From an uncultured delta proteobacterium (GTDB lineage Bacteria; Myxococcota; Myxococcia; SLRQ01), in contig CAVSGM010000003.1 of the NCBI GenBank assembly GCA_963727485.1, forward strand, positions 224,001 to 288,000: a stretch of DNA of 64,000 bases, given 5' to 3'. The notes beneath the pieces are model-generated. The model did no database searches, was not told the DNA's origin, and was given only the letters and a program-made list of their open reading frames with translations. Both the position numbers and the translations under genes were made by a program. Below, in pieces: positions 19,706 to 32,247 of this stretch (position 1 is its first letter; each line of letters starts with the position of its first letter).

Positions 19706-20281
19706 TCAGAGGGCCGGCGGCGCGGGCGGCGAGGGCGCCCGCCGGCGGGCCGTGGTGCCCGCCTTCCGGGTGGCCTTCCGGGCCGTCTTCCGCGTCGCCT
19801 TCCGGGCCGTCTTCTTCGCGGCCTTCGGGGCGGCCTTCTTCGTCGCCTTCCGGGTCCCGGCCTTCTTGGCGGCCTTCGGGGCGGCCTTCTTCGCCGTCTT
19901 CCGGGTCCCGGCCTTCTTGGCGGTCTTCGGGGCGGCCTTCTTCGCCGTCTTCCTGCCGGTGGCCTTCCGGGCGGCCTTGTGGAAGCCGTTGCCCTGGGCC
20001 CTCGCCCTCGCGTCGGAGGCGGCCCGGCGCAGGGTGTCCCCGGCCCGGCCCATCGCCGAGGTGATCTCGTCGACCACCCGGCCCGTGGCGGCCTCGAGCT
20101 CCTGGGCGACCTCCTGCGCCCGGGCGGTCATCCGGTCGACCCGGGCTCCCGTGGTGTCGGCGACGTCGGCGGCGAGCCGCCGGGCGCTCTGCTGCACCTC
20201 CTCGGCGAAGACGTGCGCCCGTTGGATCACCTTCTTGCCGTCGAGGTTCTTTCCGCTGACCTTCGTGGTTCGTGCGGCCAT
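19706..20281 (-). CDS. Phasin/histone-H1-like protein (amphipathic N-terminus, Lys/Ala-rich tail)
   Basis: About 2.5 copies of a 17-aa KKAAPKxAKKAGTRKxx unit and further RKAT/RKTA repeats. Confidence 0.6.
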   Translation of the reverse strand: MAARTTKVSGKNLDGKKVIQRAHVFAEEVQQSARRLAADVADTTGARVDRMTARAQEVAQELEAATGRVVDEITSAMGRAGDTLRRAASDARARAQGNGFHKAARKATGRKTAKKAAPKTAKKAGTRKTAKKAAPKAAKKAGTRKATKKAAPKAAKKTARKATRKTARKATRKAGTTARRRAPSPPAPPAL

Positions 20282-20343
20282 CTCTCGTTCCCCCTGTTGG
20301 TGCGGTGGATGGTCACCGGCAGTCTAGGGACGGTTGCGGAGGT

Positions 20344-20366
20344 TGCCATTCCTGGCAGGAACGGCA
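20344..20366. promoter_or_regulatory. 11-1-11 inverted repeat upstream of CDF transporter, candidate operator
   Basis: TGCCATTCCTGGCAGGAACGGCA, 10 of 11 arm pairs match, overlaps TTGCCA. Confidence 0.45.
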
Positions 20367-20377
20367 GATTGGTTTCC

Positions 20378-21316
20378 ATGGCCGCCGCCGCTCCCTCGCC
20401 CACGACCCTGCGCCTGCGCGCGGCGCTGCTCTCCCTGGTCATCGGGGCGCTGCTCCTGGCCATCAAGCTGGGGGCCTGGGCGCTCACCGGGTCCACCGCG
20501 GTCCTCTCCGACGCCCTGGAGAGCATCGTCAACGTGATCGCCGCGGGCTTCGCGGTCTACTCGGTCCACCTCTCCCGCAAGCCCCCGGATCTCGATCACC
20601 CCTACGGCCACGGGAAGATCGAGTTCCTCTCGGCGGGCTTCGAGGGCGGCCTCATCTTCGTCGCCGGGGGCCTGATCATCTTCGAGGCGACGCGGCGCCT
20701 TCTGGTCGGGGTCGCCCTGGCGCGCCTCTCCGAGGGCATCGGCCTGGTCGCCTTCGCCGCGGTGGTCAACCTCATCCTCGGCCTCTACCTCATCCGCACC
20801 GGCAAGAAGACCCACTCCCTGACCCTGGTCGCCGACGGCAAGCACCTGCTCACCGACGTCTACACCTCCGCCGCCACCGCCGCCGCCCTCGCGGTCGTCC
20901 TCCTCACCGGGTGGCGGTGGATCGACCCGGCGTTCGCCATCGTCGCCGCCCTCAACATCCTGCGCATCGGCCTGGGGCTGATGCGCGAGGCGGTGGGCGG
21001 GATCATGGACGAGGCCGACCCCGAGGATCTCAAGATCGTCGCCGAGGCCCTCGCCCACCTCGACGACCCCCTCTTCGTCGGGTGGTCCCAGCTCCGCTCC
21101 CGGCACCAGGGGGCGCTCCACCACGTGGATCTCACCGTCTACGTCCCCGACGAGACCGCCGTCGCGGCCGGCCACGCCCTGGCCGACCGGGTGGAGCGGA
21201 CCATCGCCAGCGCCCTCGGGGAGGCCGAGGTCATCTGCCACGTGGAGCCCGAGTCGTTGCGCCGGCGCCTCGACGAGGCCCTGGCGGTGCGGCCTCGGGC
21301 CGAGGCCCGCCCCTGA
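20378..21316 (+). CDS. Cation diffusion facilitator family metal transporter
   Basis: LSDALES, PPDLDHPYGHGKIEFLS, ADGKHLLTD, CHVEP. Confidence 0.9.
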   Translation: MAAAAPSPTTLRLRAALLSLVIGALLLAIKLGAWALTGSTAVLSDALESIVNVIAAGFAVYSVHLSRKPPDLDHPYGHGKIEFLSAGFEGGLIFVAGGLIIFEATRRLLVGVALARLSEGIGLVAFAAVVNLILGLYLIRTGKKTHSLTLVADGKHLLTDVYTSAATAAALAVVLLTGWRWIDPAFAIVAALNILRIGLGLMREAVGGIMDEADPEDLKIVAEALAHLDDPLFVGWSQLRSRHQGALHHVDLTVYVPDETAVAAGHALADRVERTIASALGEAEVICHVEPESLRRRLDEALAVRPRAEARP

Positions 21317-21393
21317 CGGCCCGGGCGCGGACACCGGGGCAGGCGCACCGCCCGCTTGCCCTGCCCGGGCGGGTGGACTAACACCAGCGCCCT

Positions 21394-21687
21394 ATGGCGC
21401 TCACCCCCGAAGAGGTCCGCAAGGTCGCCGCGCTGGCCCACCTCGCCCTGTCCCCGGACGAGGAGGCCCGCCTCGCCGGCGAGCTCTCCCAGAATCCTCC
21501 ACTACGTGGAGCGGCTCGAGTCCCTCGACACCGAGGGGGTCGAGCCCCTGGCCCACGTCCACGACGTGAGCTGCCCGATGCGCGACGACGACGCCCGGCC
21601 GTCGCTCACCCCGGCCGCGGCCCTGAAGAACGCCCCGGCCACCGAGGGCACCAGCATCGTGGTGCCCAAGATCATCGAGGAGGCGTC

Positions 21688-21691
<4 letters not shown>
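21394..21691 (+). CDS. gatC: Glu/Asp-tRNA amidotransferase subunit C (frameshift near 21493)
   Basis: [12 protein letters not shown] then [27 protein letters not shown] in the next frame. Confidence 0.9.
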
Positions 21692-23153
<1,462 letters not shown>

Positions 23154-23154
<1 letters not shown>

Positions 23155-24615
23155 TGGCCGACATCGAGAAGGTCCTTCAGACCTGGGAGCCGGTCATCGG
23201 CCTCGAGGTCCACATCCAGCTGAACACCGCGTCCAAGATCTTCTGCGGCTGCTCCACCGGCTTCGGCGCCGAGCCCAACAGCCACACCTGCCCGGTGTGC
23301 CTGGGCCACCCCGGGGTGCTGCCGGTCCTGAACCGCAAGGTGGTCGACTTCGCCATCACCCTGGGCCTGGCGCTCGGCTGCGAGATCCGCCCGAGGAGCG
23401 TGTGGGCAAGGAAGAACTACTTCTACCCGGACCTCCCCAAGGGCTACCAGATCAGCCAGTTCGAGCTGCCCATCTGCGAGCACGGCAGGCTCACCTTCGA
23501 GGTGGAGGAGGGCGAGCCGGTGACCGTGGGCATCACCCGGATCCACATGGAGGAGGACGCCGGGAAGAACACCCACGTCGCCGGGGCCGACCGGTCGCTG
23601 GTGGACCTCAACCGCGCCGGGGTGCCGCTCCTGGAGATGGTCAGTGAGCCGGACCTGCGCCACCCGGCCCAGGCGCCGGCCTACCTCAAGACCCTGCGGA
23701 GCATCGTGCGCTATCTGGGGATCAGCGACGGGAACCTCCAGGAGGGGTCGCTGCGCTGCGACGCCAACGTGTCGCTGCGCCGGCGCGGCACGGAGAAGTT
23801 CGGCACCCGCACCGAGACCAAGAACCTCAACTCCTTCCGCTTCGTCCAGAAGGCCCTGGAGTACGAGATCGTCCGCCAGGCGGCCCAGCTGGAGAACGGC
23901 GAGGCGGTGGTCCAGGAGACCCGCCTCTACGACAGCGACCGGGACGAGACGCGGCCCATGCGCTCCAAGGAAGAGGCGAACGACTACCGCTACTTCCCCG
24001 AGCCGGACCTCCCGCCGCTGGTGGTGGACACCGACTGGGTCAAGCGCATCGCCGACGAGCTCCCGGAGCTGGCGCTCGCCCGGGCGCAGCGCTTCGAAGC
24101 GGCCTACGGGATCTCCGCCGTACGACGCGAGGGTGCTCACCGCCGAGCGCGACGTCGCCGACTGGTTCGAGGCCGCCTGCACCGCCTACGAGGGCGAGGG
24201 CAAGAAGGTCAGCAACTGGATGCAGACCGAGGTGCTCCGCGAGCTCAACGAGGGGGGCGGGGCGCTCTCGGACCTCAAGGTCACCCCCGAGCGCCTCGGG
24301 GAGCTCCTGCGCCTGGTCGACGGCGGGAAGATCTCCGGGTCGGCGGCCAAGGAGGTCTTCGCCGAGATGGCGAAGACCGGGCACGCCCCCGACGCCATCG
24401 TCGCCGAGAAGGGCCTGACCCAGGTCTCCGACACCGGGGAGCTCGAGGCAATCGTCGACGAGGTGATCGCCGCGAACCCCAAGGAGGCCGAGGCCTACAG
24501 AGGTGGGAAGACCGCCCTGGTGGGCTTCTTCATGGGCCAGGTGATGAAGGCGTCCAAGGGCAAGGCGAACCCCAAGGTCGTCAAGCCGCTCATCGAGAAG
24601 AAGCTCGGGGGGTAG
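23154..24615 (+). CDS. gatB: Glu/Asp-tRNA amidotransferase subunit B (frameshift near 24120)
   Basis: [44 protein letters not shown]; YqeY-like tail [17 protein letters not shown] in the next frame. Confidence 0.95.
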
Positions 24616-24732
24616 GCGGGCGACGGGTCCCGGGGCCGGCTCGGCGTCGGTCGCCGGTGGCCCCCGGCGTGCCCTTGGGGTATCCTCCGGACCGCTGTTC
24701 GGGGGAACCGCTTCCTTGGGGAGGAGCACGCC

Positions 24733-25650
24733 ATGACGCGCGCCGTATCGTCCAGGTCGTTGCATCGCCTGATGCCCGGTCTCACCGCTGCCCTGGTACT
24801 GGCGCTCACCGGCTGCCAGGGCGCCAAGGGGCCCGCCGGTCCCACGGGCCCCGCAGGGCCCACCGGCGCCACCGGGACCCAGGGCCCCGCCGGACCCGTC
24901 GGGCCTGCCGGTCCCGCCGGGCCCGCCGGCGCGGGCTACACCCAGATCATCGTGGTCTCGCCCGGGGCCGACCCGGTCGCCGGGGGCGCGGCGCTCCTCG
25001 CGGCCCTCGCCGACCCCCGCCGGCCGGTGGTGGTCAAGCTCGAGCCGGGCACCTACCAGCTCGGGGGCACCAACGCCGCCGGGTTCACCCTCGACGCGGG
25101 CCAGGTCCTCGAGGGCTCGGGGCAGCAGATCACCCACATCGTGGGCGGCGGCGGCGAGGTGCACCTGGGCAGCCACGCGGCCCTGCGCGACCTCACCTAC
25201 GGCGAGGGCAACGGGGGGAACGGCCAGACCGTGATCTGGATGGACGCCCCCACCGCCGAGCTCCGGGACGTCACCGTGAACGTGGTCTCCACCAACAGCT
25301 CGGCCGCGGCGGTGACCGGCCAGGGGACGCTGGTCGACGCCTCGATCACCGCCTCGGCGAACGCCAGCGGGACCTCGGCCTTCGGCGTGGTGGCCACCGG
25401 CACCGTCTCCATCCGCGGCAGCCGGATCCAGGTGCCGGCGTCGGGTCACGGGGTCTCGGTCACCAACGGCCAGACGGTGACCGTCGTGGGGAGCACCATC
25501 TTCGGCTCCGCCGACTGCATCCACCTGGGGACCGGGAGCACCGCCAGCATCGTCCGGTCGGAGATCGGCACCCCGGTGGCCATGAGCGGCGCGACCTGCG
25601 TCAACAGCTACGACGCCGCGTTGGCGCCCCTCAACGGGAGCTGCCAGTGA
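24733..25650 (+). CDS. Collagen-like lipoprotein with beta-helix-like head, paralog 1
   Basis: LALTGC lipobox, 13 Gly-X-Y triplets, LEPGTY motif, terminal C-x14-C; GAGGAG RBS. Confidence 0.75.
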   Translation: MTRAVSSRSLHRLMPGLTAALVLALTGCQGAKGPAGPTGPAGPTGATGTQGPAGPVGPAGPAGPAGAGYTQIIVVSPGADPVAGGAALLAALADPRRPVVVKLEPGTYQLGGTNAAGFTLDAGQVLEGSGQQITHIVGGGGEVHLGSHAALRDLTYGEGNGGNGQTVIWMDAPTAELRDVTVNVVSTNSSAAAVTGQGTLVDASITASANASGTSAFGVVATGTVSIRGSRIQVPASGHGVSVTNGQTVTVVGSTIFGSADCIHLGTGSTASIVRSEIGTPVAMSGATCVNSYDAALAPLNGSCQ

Positions 25651-26528
25651 GCCGCCTCCCGACGCTGCTCGCCGGGGCGCTCCTCCTCGCCGCCGCCGGG
25701 TGCACCGGGGCCACCGGGCCCGCCGGTCCGACCGGACCCGCCGGGGCGACGGGCCCCAAAGGTGCCACCGGCCCCGCCGGCCCGCAGGGTCCCGCGGGTC
25801 CCCAGGGGCCCGCCGGGGTCGTCTACACCCACACGATCATCGTCCACCCCGGGGCCACCCCCGAGGACGGTGGCAAGGCGCTCCTCGCGGCGCTGGCCGA
25901 CACCCAGCGCCCCGAGCTGATCCACGTCGAGCCGGGGACCTACGCCCTGGGCCGCCCCGGCGCCGTCGGCGTCTGGCATCTGGGCGACGACCGGGTCCTC
26001 GAGGGCTCGGGACAGGGGGTCACCCTCCTCCAGGGTGGCGGCGGGAGCGGGTCCGTCGGGGCCCGGTCCACCGTCCGTGACCTGACCTACGAGGAGAGCC
26101 ACAACCTCTTCGGCTCGGCGGCGATCTACCTGGGCGACAACAGCTCGGAGCTGCGCCACGTGACCCTCCAGCTCTCGGTGCCCGCGGGGGGGAACGGCGC
26201 CGGCCTCACGGCCCAGGGCACCCTCGACGACGTCACCCTCCTGGGCAGCAACGTCCGCGGGGTGGTGGTGCCAGATGGACAGGCCCTGCGCATCCACGAC
26301 AGCCGGATCTCCACCAGCAACGCCTCGGTGGTCGTGGTGGGGACCGGCTCGAGCCTCACGGTGCGCGAGAGCGCCATCTTCGGGGCCACCAACTGCATCT
26401 TCCTCAACAGCGGCAGCACCGCGATCGTCGCCGACTCGGAGGTCGGCACCCCAATCACCAACCCCGGCGCCACCTGCGTGTTCGCCTACGACGCCGCCCT
26501 CGCGCCCCTGAACGCGAGCTGTCAGTAG
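25647..26528 (+). CDS. Collagen-like lipoprotein with beta-helix-like head, paralog 2
   Basis: GTGA overlap with paralog 1; LAAAGC lipobox, 13 Gly-X-Y triplets, VEPGTY, terminal C-x14-C. Confidence 0.75.
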   Translation: MSRLPTLLAGALLLAAAGCTGATGPAGPTGPAGATGPKGATGPAGPQGPAGPQGPAGVVYTHTIIVHPGATPEDGGKALLAALADTQRPELIHVEPGTYALGRPGAVGVWHLGDDRVLEGSGQGVTLLQGGGGSGSVGARSTVRDLTYEESHNLFGSAAIYLGDNSSELRHVTLQLSVPAGGNGAGLTAQGTLDDVTLLGSNVRGVVVPDGQALRIHDSRISTSNASVVVVGTGSSLTVRESAIFGATNCIFLNSGSTAIVADSEVGTPITNPGATCVFAYDAALAPLNASCQ

Positions 26529-26567
26529 CGTCGCCCTCGCCCGATCTGGGGAGGGTCCGGCCGGCGC

Positions 26568-26594
26568 GTGGCCCCCTATCCTGGCGCCCCACTC
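26568..26594 (+). promoter_or_regulatory. Shared 27-bp upstream motif, copy 1
   Basis: GTGGCCCCCTATCCTGGCGCCCCACTC, 24/27 identical to 28548..28574. Confidence 0.65.
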
Positions 26595-26626
26595 CCACGG
26601 GCTGCATGGCCCAGGAAGGTGCCGAG

Positions 26627-27580
26627 ATGAAGCTCCGCTCGCCCCGAAGCTCCACCCGACGGGTCACTGTGATCGTGGCGTTTGCGTTCTCCGCCCTGGC
26701 GATGGGCTGCAGCAGTGGGTCCCAGGGCCCCGCCGGCGCCACCGGTCCGGCCGGCCCCCAGGGCCCTGCCGGTCCCGCCGGCCCTGCGGGTCCCGCCGGT
26801 CCCGCCGGCGCCACCGGTCCCACGGGCGCCACCGGTCCCGTGGGCCCCGCCGGGGTCGCCTTCAAGGCCACCACCATCGTCAGCCCCGGGGCCACCCCCG
26901 CGGACAGCGGCGCCAACCTCGCGGCGGCCCTCGCCGCGGCGCCGACCCCCTGCGCGATCTTCATCGAGCCCGGGGACTACGACATCGGCGCCACCGCCCT
27001 CCACCTCCCCTCCAACTGCACCGTCGCCGGCGCCGGGGTGGGCAAGACCACCCTCGAGCACACCGGCGGTGGGGGCGTGGTCCTCTACCTCAACACCACC
27101 CTCCGGGACGTGTCCCTGAGGTTCGACTACGGCAGCGGGATCGCCACCGTGGTCGCCGCGGACCTGACCCAGCCCAGCGCCGCGCTCCAGGACGTGTCCA
27201 TCCAGGTCACCGACGGCGCGGCGACCTCCGAGCCGCTGGTCCGGGGCTCCGGGACCCTCTTCCACGTGGACGCCACCACCAGCACCGGCAGCCGGGGGAA
27301 CTTCGGCGTCAGCGTCCCCGCCGACGGGAAGATGACCCTCGTCGACTGCACCGTCCAGGCGGGCTCGGCGATCATCGTGGGGACCAAGGGCGAGGCCATC
27401 ATCCGGGGCAGCGTCCTCGACGGCGGGGTGGCGATCTCCAACATCGCGAGCCAGACCGTGATCCACGTGGCCGACTCGGAGATCCAGGGGACGATCCTCG
27501 GGAGCTCCACCAGCACCCCGCCGACCTGCGTGGGCACCTACGACGCCGCGTTCACGGCGCTCGGCACCCACTGCGCGTGA
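26627..27580 (+). CDS. Collagen-like lipoprotein with beta-helix-like head, paralog 3
   Basis: LAMGC lipobox, 16 Gly-X-Y triplets, IEPGDY, terminal C-x14-C. Confidence 0.75.
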   Translation: MKLRSPRSSTRRVTVIVAFAFSALAMGCSSGSQGPAGATGPAGPQGPAGPAGPAGPAGPAGATGPTGATGPVGPAGVAFKATTIVSPGATPADSGANLAAALAAAPTPCAIFIEPGDYDIGATALHLPSNCTVAGAGVGKTTLEHTGGGGVVLYLNTTLRDVSLRFDYGSGIATVVAADLTQPSAALQDVSIQVTDGAATSEPLVRGSGTLFHVDATTSTGSRGNFGVSVPADGKMTLVDCTVQAGSAIIVGTKGEAIIRGSVLDGGVAISNIASQTVIHVADSEIQGTILGSSTSTPPTCVGTYDAAFTALGTHCA

Positions 27581-27614
27581 CCCGGGCCGGGGCCGCCGCT
27601 ACACTGGCGGCCCC

Positions 27615-28508
27615 GTGGCCCCGCCCCGCCTCCACCTCGTCGACGGAACCTACGAGCTCTTCCGCGCCTTCTACGGGAAGCGCCCGGACCACCGCACCCC
27701 GGACGGCCAGCCCGCCAAGGCGGTGGTGGGGCTCGCGGGCTCGCTGCTCTCGCTCCTCGACGACGAGGCTGAGGCGGTCACCCACCTCGCCGTGGCCTTC
27801 GACCGGCCCATCGAGTCGTTCCGCAACGAGGTCTTCGCCGGCTACAAGACCGGCGAGGGGATGGACCCCGAGCTGGTGGCCCAGATGGTCCCCGCCGAGG
27901 AGGCGGTCCGGGCCCTGGGCATCCCCGTGTGGGTCATGGACCGGTGGGAGGCCGACGATGCCCTGGCGAGTGCCGCGGCCCGCTTCGCCGGCGAGGTGCG
28001 CCAGGTGCGCCTGCTCACCCCGGACAAGGACCTGGCCCAGTGCGTGGTCGGCGACGAGGTGGTGCAGGTGGATCGACTCCGGGAGACGGTGCGCACCGCC
28101 GAGGGGGTGAAGGCGAAGTTCGGCGTCGACCCCGCGTCCATCCCCGACTGGCTGGCCCTGGTGGGCGACGCCGCCGACGGCATCCCCGGGATCCCCGGCT
28201 TCGGCGCCAAGACCGCGGCGACGTTGCTGGCGTACTACGGCCACCTGGAGGCCATCCCCGACGACGCGCTCGCCTGGTCGGTGAAGGTCCGGGGCGCGGA
28301 CAAGCTGGCCAAGACGCTGCGCGAGCGCCGGGAGGACGCCGGGCTCTACAAGCGCCTGGCGACGCTCGCGACCGACGTGCCGCTGGCCGAGTCCCTCGCC
28401 GACCTCGCCTGGCGTGGGGTGCCCCGGGCGCGCTTCGAGGCCTGGTGTGAGCAGGTGGGGAGCCGGACCCTCGCCGGCCGGGCCCGGCACCTCACGGGCG
28501 CCGGCTGA
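27615..28508 (+). CDS. Stand-alone 5'-3' exonuclease / flap endonuclease (PolA N-terminal-like)
   Basis: LVDGTYELFRAF, EADD, DKDL, GDAADGIPGIPGFGAKTA H3TH motif. Confidence 0.9.
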   Translation: MAPPRLHLVDGTYELFRAFYGKRPDHRTPDGQPAKAVVGLAGSLLSLLDDEAEAVTHLAVAFDRPIESFRNEVFAGYKTGEGMDPELVAQMVPAEEAVRALGIPVWVMDRWEADDALASAAARFAGEVRQVRLLTPDKDLAQCVVGDEVVQVDRLRETVRTAEGVKAKFGVDPASIPDWLALVGDAADGIPGIPGFGAKTAATLLAYYGHLEAIPDDALAWSVKVRGADKLAKTLRERREDAGLYKRLATLATDVPLAESLADLAWRGVPRARFEAWCEQVGSRTLAGRARHLTGAG

Positions 28509-28547
28509 CCCGAACTGGGTAGTCCCGTGCGGTGGACGCCCGTGGAG

Positions 28548-28574
28548 GTGGCCCCTTATCGTGGCGTCCCACTC
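28548..28574 (+). promoter_or_regulatory. Shared 27-bp upstream motif, copy 2
   Basis: GTGGCCCCTTATCGTGGCGTCCCACTC; same distance (within 1 nt) to ATG as copy 1. Confidence 0.65.
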
Positions 28575-28607
28575 ACGCCGGGCTCCCAGGCCCGGAAAGG
28601 AGCCTCC

Positions 28608-29540
28608 ATGGCGCTCGCCAGCCAGCAGGTCACTCGCCGCCGCATCCTGCCGCTTCTCGCCCTCTGCGCCCTCGGCCTCACCGGAGGCTGCACCGGGCAG
28701 GCGGGCCCGGCCGGAGCCACCGGAGCCACCGGACCCGCGGGGCCCGCCGGACCTGCCGGGGCCACGGGGCCCGCCGGACCTGCCGGGGCCACGGGGCCCG
28801 CGGGACCCGCCGGCCCCGCCGGGGTGATGTTCAGCTCGACGACCGTGGTCAACACCGGGGCCACGGACCTGGCGGCCACCCTCGCGGGCTGCCAGCCCAA
28901 GCACCTCATCTGGATCGAGCCCGGCACCTACACCCTGGACCAGGCCGCGGTGACCGTACCCGCCGGGTGCACCGTGGTCGGCGCCGGCAGCGCGGCCACG
29001 CAGCTCGTGCTCCCCGACAACGGGGGCCTCACCCTGGGCGCCTCGGTGGAGCTGCGCAGCCTCTCCGTGTCGGGGAAGCACACGACGACCACCACCCCGG
29101 TGCCCGTGATCGACCTGGATGCGGGCGGCACCGACGTGCTCCAGGACGTCGCGGTGGTCGCCTCCACCGGCAGCGGCGTCACCAACGCCACGGGGCTCCA
29201 CGGACCCGGGAGGCTGACCCACGTGCAGGCCACCGTGCAGAGCGCCAACGCGGCCGCCGTCGCCGTGGCGTCCGGGACCAACGGCCAGCTGACCCTCGAG
29301 GGGTGCACCGTCCGCGGGGGCACCGCCCTGAACGTGAGCCAGGGCGCCACCGTCGAGGTCCGGGGCAGCGTCCTCAACGGCGCGAGCTACGCCTTCTACC
29401 AGTACGCCTCCGGGACCACCCTCGACATCGCCAACAGCAAGGTGGTGGGCCCCACCGGCCACGGCTCGTCCGCCGGGCCCCTCGTCTGCATCGGGGACTA
29501 CAGCGCCACCTACGCGCCCCTGAGCAGCGTGTGCCGCTAA
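28608..29540 (+). CDS. Collagen-like lipoprotein with beta-helix-like head, paralog 4
   Basis: LTGGC lipobox, 15 Gly-X-Y triplets, IEPGTY, terminal C-x14-C; AAAGGAG RBS. Confidence 0.75.
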   Translation: MALASQQVTRRRILPLLALCALGLTGGCTGQAGPAGATGATGPAGPAGPAGATGPAGPAGATGPAGPAGPAGVMFSSTTVVNTGATDLAATLAGCQPKHLIWIEPGTYTLDQAAVTVPAGCTVVGAGSAATQLVLPDNGGLTLGASVELRSLSVSGKHTTTTTPVPVIDLDAGGTDVLQDVAVVASTGSGVTNATGLHGPGRLTHVQATVQSANAAAVAVASGTNGQLTLEGCTVRGGTALNVSQGATVEVRGSVLNGASYAFYQYASGTTLDIANSKVVGPTGHGSSAGPLVCIGDYSATYAPLSSVCR

Positions 29541-29551
29541 GAGGGTCGCCG

Positions 29552-29986
29552 GTGCCCACCCTCGATCCCGAGCTCCTCCCCCCCGCCGACGCGCGGGGGG
29601 AGGTTCGGTTCAGCGGCATCACCGAGCCCACCGCCGCCGAGGAGGCCGCCACCGCGACCCTGAAGGCGGCCCTGGGCCACGGCTACGTCAGCGTCCGGTC
29701 CCGCATGGGTCCGCACTGGAGCTGCACCTTCGAGCTCACGTGGCCAGACGGCCCCACCGCGCCGGCGCTCCCCGTGGACCACGACAAGGTGAAGGCGTTC
29801 CTCGAGACCCACGGCTTCGAGCCCACCGGGCGGTTCCTCCTCGGGGGCACCTTCGGCGACGTCCGGGTGACCGAGTACCTGGGCCTCGTCGGCGAGCTGC
29901 GCACGGTGCTGCTCCTGCCCTGCCCCGAGGACCTGGACGCCGAGGGCGTCCTCCACCTCGCCTACTTCCGGCCCCAGGGTCCCTAG
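29552..29986 (+). CDS. Hypothetical protein
   Basis: GTG start with GAGGG upstream; GC3-biased frame with globular composition. Confidence 0.55.
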   Translation: MPTLDPELLPPADARGEVRFSGITEPTAAEEAATATLKAALGHGYVSVRSRMGPHWSCTFELTWPDGPTAPALPVDHDKVKAFLETHGFEPTGRFLLGGTFGDVRVTEYLGLVGELRTVLLLPCPEDLDAEGVLHLAYFRPQGP

Positions 29987-30016
29987 CCGCTCCCCGGCCG
30001 CCGGCCCCTCCGCGCG

Positions 30017-30265
30017 TCAGTCCCCGCGCGGGACGACCCGGGAGAGGAACGCCTCGAGGCCGGCGGCGTACGCCCTGACCGCGGCGGCGGTGGCGCGAAG
30101 GTCGCCGCGCCACTCCAGGGCCCGCTGGGCGTAGTGGAGCAGGGGCAGGGTCGACCGGTAGGCCAGCCCCGGGAAGACGAGCGCCAGGGTGTCGCTGCCG
30201 CCCTCGGCGGGGAGGAAGGTCTGGGGGAGCGCGGGGCCGGGTCCGGGCATGCCGCCTCCGGTCAT
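30017..30265 (-). pseudogene. Probable remnant of an alpha/beta-hydrolase-like gene (82 aa)
   Basis: LALVFPGLAY..PLLHYA resembles a hydrolase N-terminus; no nucleophile motif; translationally coupled to TauE gene. Confidence 0.4.
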
Positions 30266-30999
30266 AGGGCCTGGTACAGCAGCACCCCGGCGATGACCAC
30301 CAGGAAGCCGTTGAGCACCAGCCGGAAGCCCCGGGGGTCCAGGCGCCGGACGACCTTCCGCCCGGTGAGCACCCCGGCCAGGGCGCTGACGGCGAACACC
30401 GCCACCAGGGGCCCGTCGCCCGCGGTGAGGACCCCGGTGGCGATGTAGGCCGGGAGCTTCACCAGCTGCATCCCCAGGGCGAAGACCGCCACGGTGCCCA
30501 CGAAGGTCTCGCCCGAGAGCCCGTAGCCCTTGAAGGTGATGGCGGCGATGGGGCCCGCCATGGAGCACAGGCCGCTGACGAAGCCCACGGTGCCGGTGAG
30601 GGCCGGCAGCGCCTTCTTGCTCACCGGGATGGGCCGGCGCAGCCACAGCTCTACCGCCAGGGAGGCGATCACCAGGGCGGCGATGGCGAGCTTGAGGATC
30701 CGCTCGTCGACCCGGCTGGTGAGCAGGGCCCCCCCGAGGGCCAGCGGCAGGGCGGTGGCGGCGGCGAGGAGGGCCGTCCGGCGGTCGATGGCCTTCCAGA
30801 AGGCCACCGTCTTGAACGCGTTGTTGGCCACCAGCACCGTGGCGGCGACGCCGATGGCCTGGGCGGCGGGCAGGCGCATCATCAGCACCGGGGTGAGGAT
30901 CAGGGCCCCGCCGATCCCCGCGGTGGAGGAGAGGAGGAAGCCCAGGTAGGAGACGGCCACCGCGAAGATGAGGAACCCGTAGGAGACGCCGTCGATCAT
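30262..30999 (-). CDS. Sulfite exporter TauE/SafE family membrane protein
   Basis: [10 protein letters not shown] and GFVSGL..MAGP repeats; about 8 hydrophobic segments. Confidence 0.8.
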   Translation of the reverse strand: MIDGVSYGFLIFAVAVSYLGFLLSSTAGIGGALILTPVLMMRLPAAQAIGVAATVLVANNAFKTVAFWKAIDRRTALLAAATALPLALGGALLTSRVDERILKLAIAALVIASLAVELWLRRPIPVSKKALPALTGTVGFVSGLCSMAGPIAAITFKGYGLSGETFVGTVAVFALGMQLVKLPAYIATGVLTAGDGPLVAVFAVSALAGVLTGRKVVRRLDPRGFRLVLNGFLVVIAGVLLYQAL

Positions 31000-31100
31000 G
31001 GCGCGGCAGGATAGTCCGGATCCCCGGGGCCGCGAGCGTGGGGAGGGGCCCTGCCGCCGCGGCCCTTTACCTGGGCGGGCCCCCGGCATTAGGTAGGCCC

Positions 31101-32183
<1,083 letters not shown>

Positions 32184-32247
32184 GTTCACGCGCTTCCGGG
32201 CTCTCGAAGGGCCCGGGTTCACACGGATTTTCTGAAGGAGCACGGCG

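Noticed and set aside
24733..29540. Diversity-generating retroelement explaining the paralog variation
   Set aside because: No reverse transcriptase; differences between the similar 3' ends are not adenine-specific; no TR/VR pair seen
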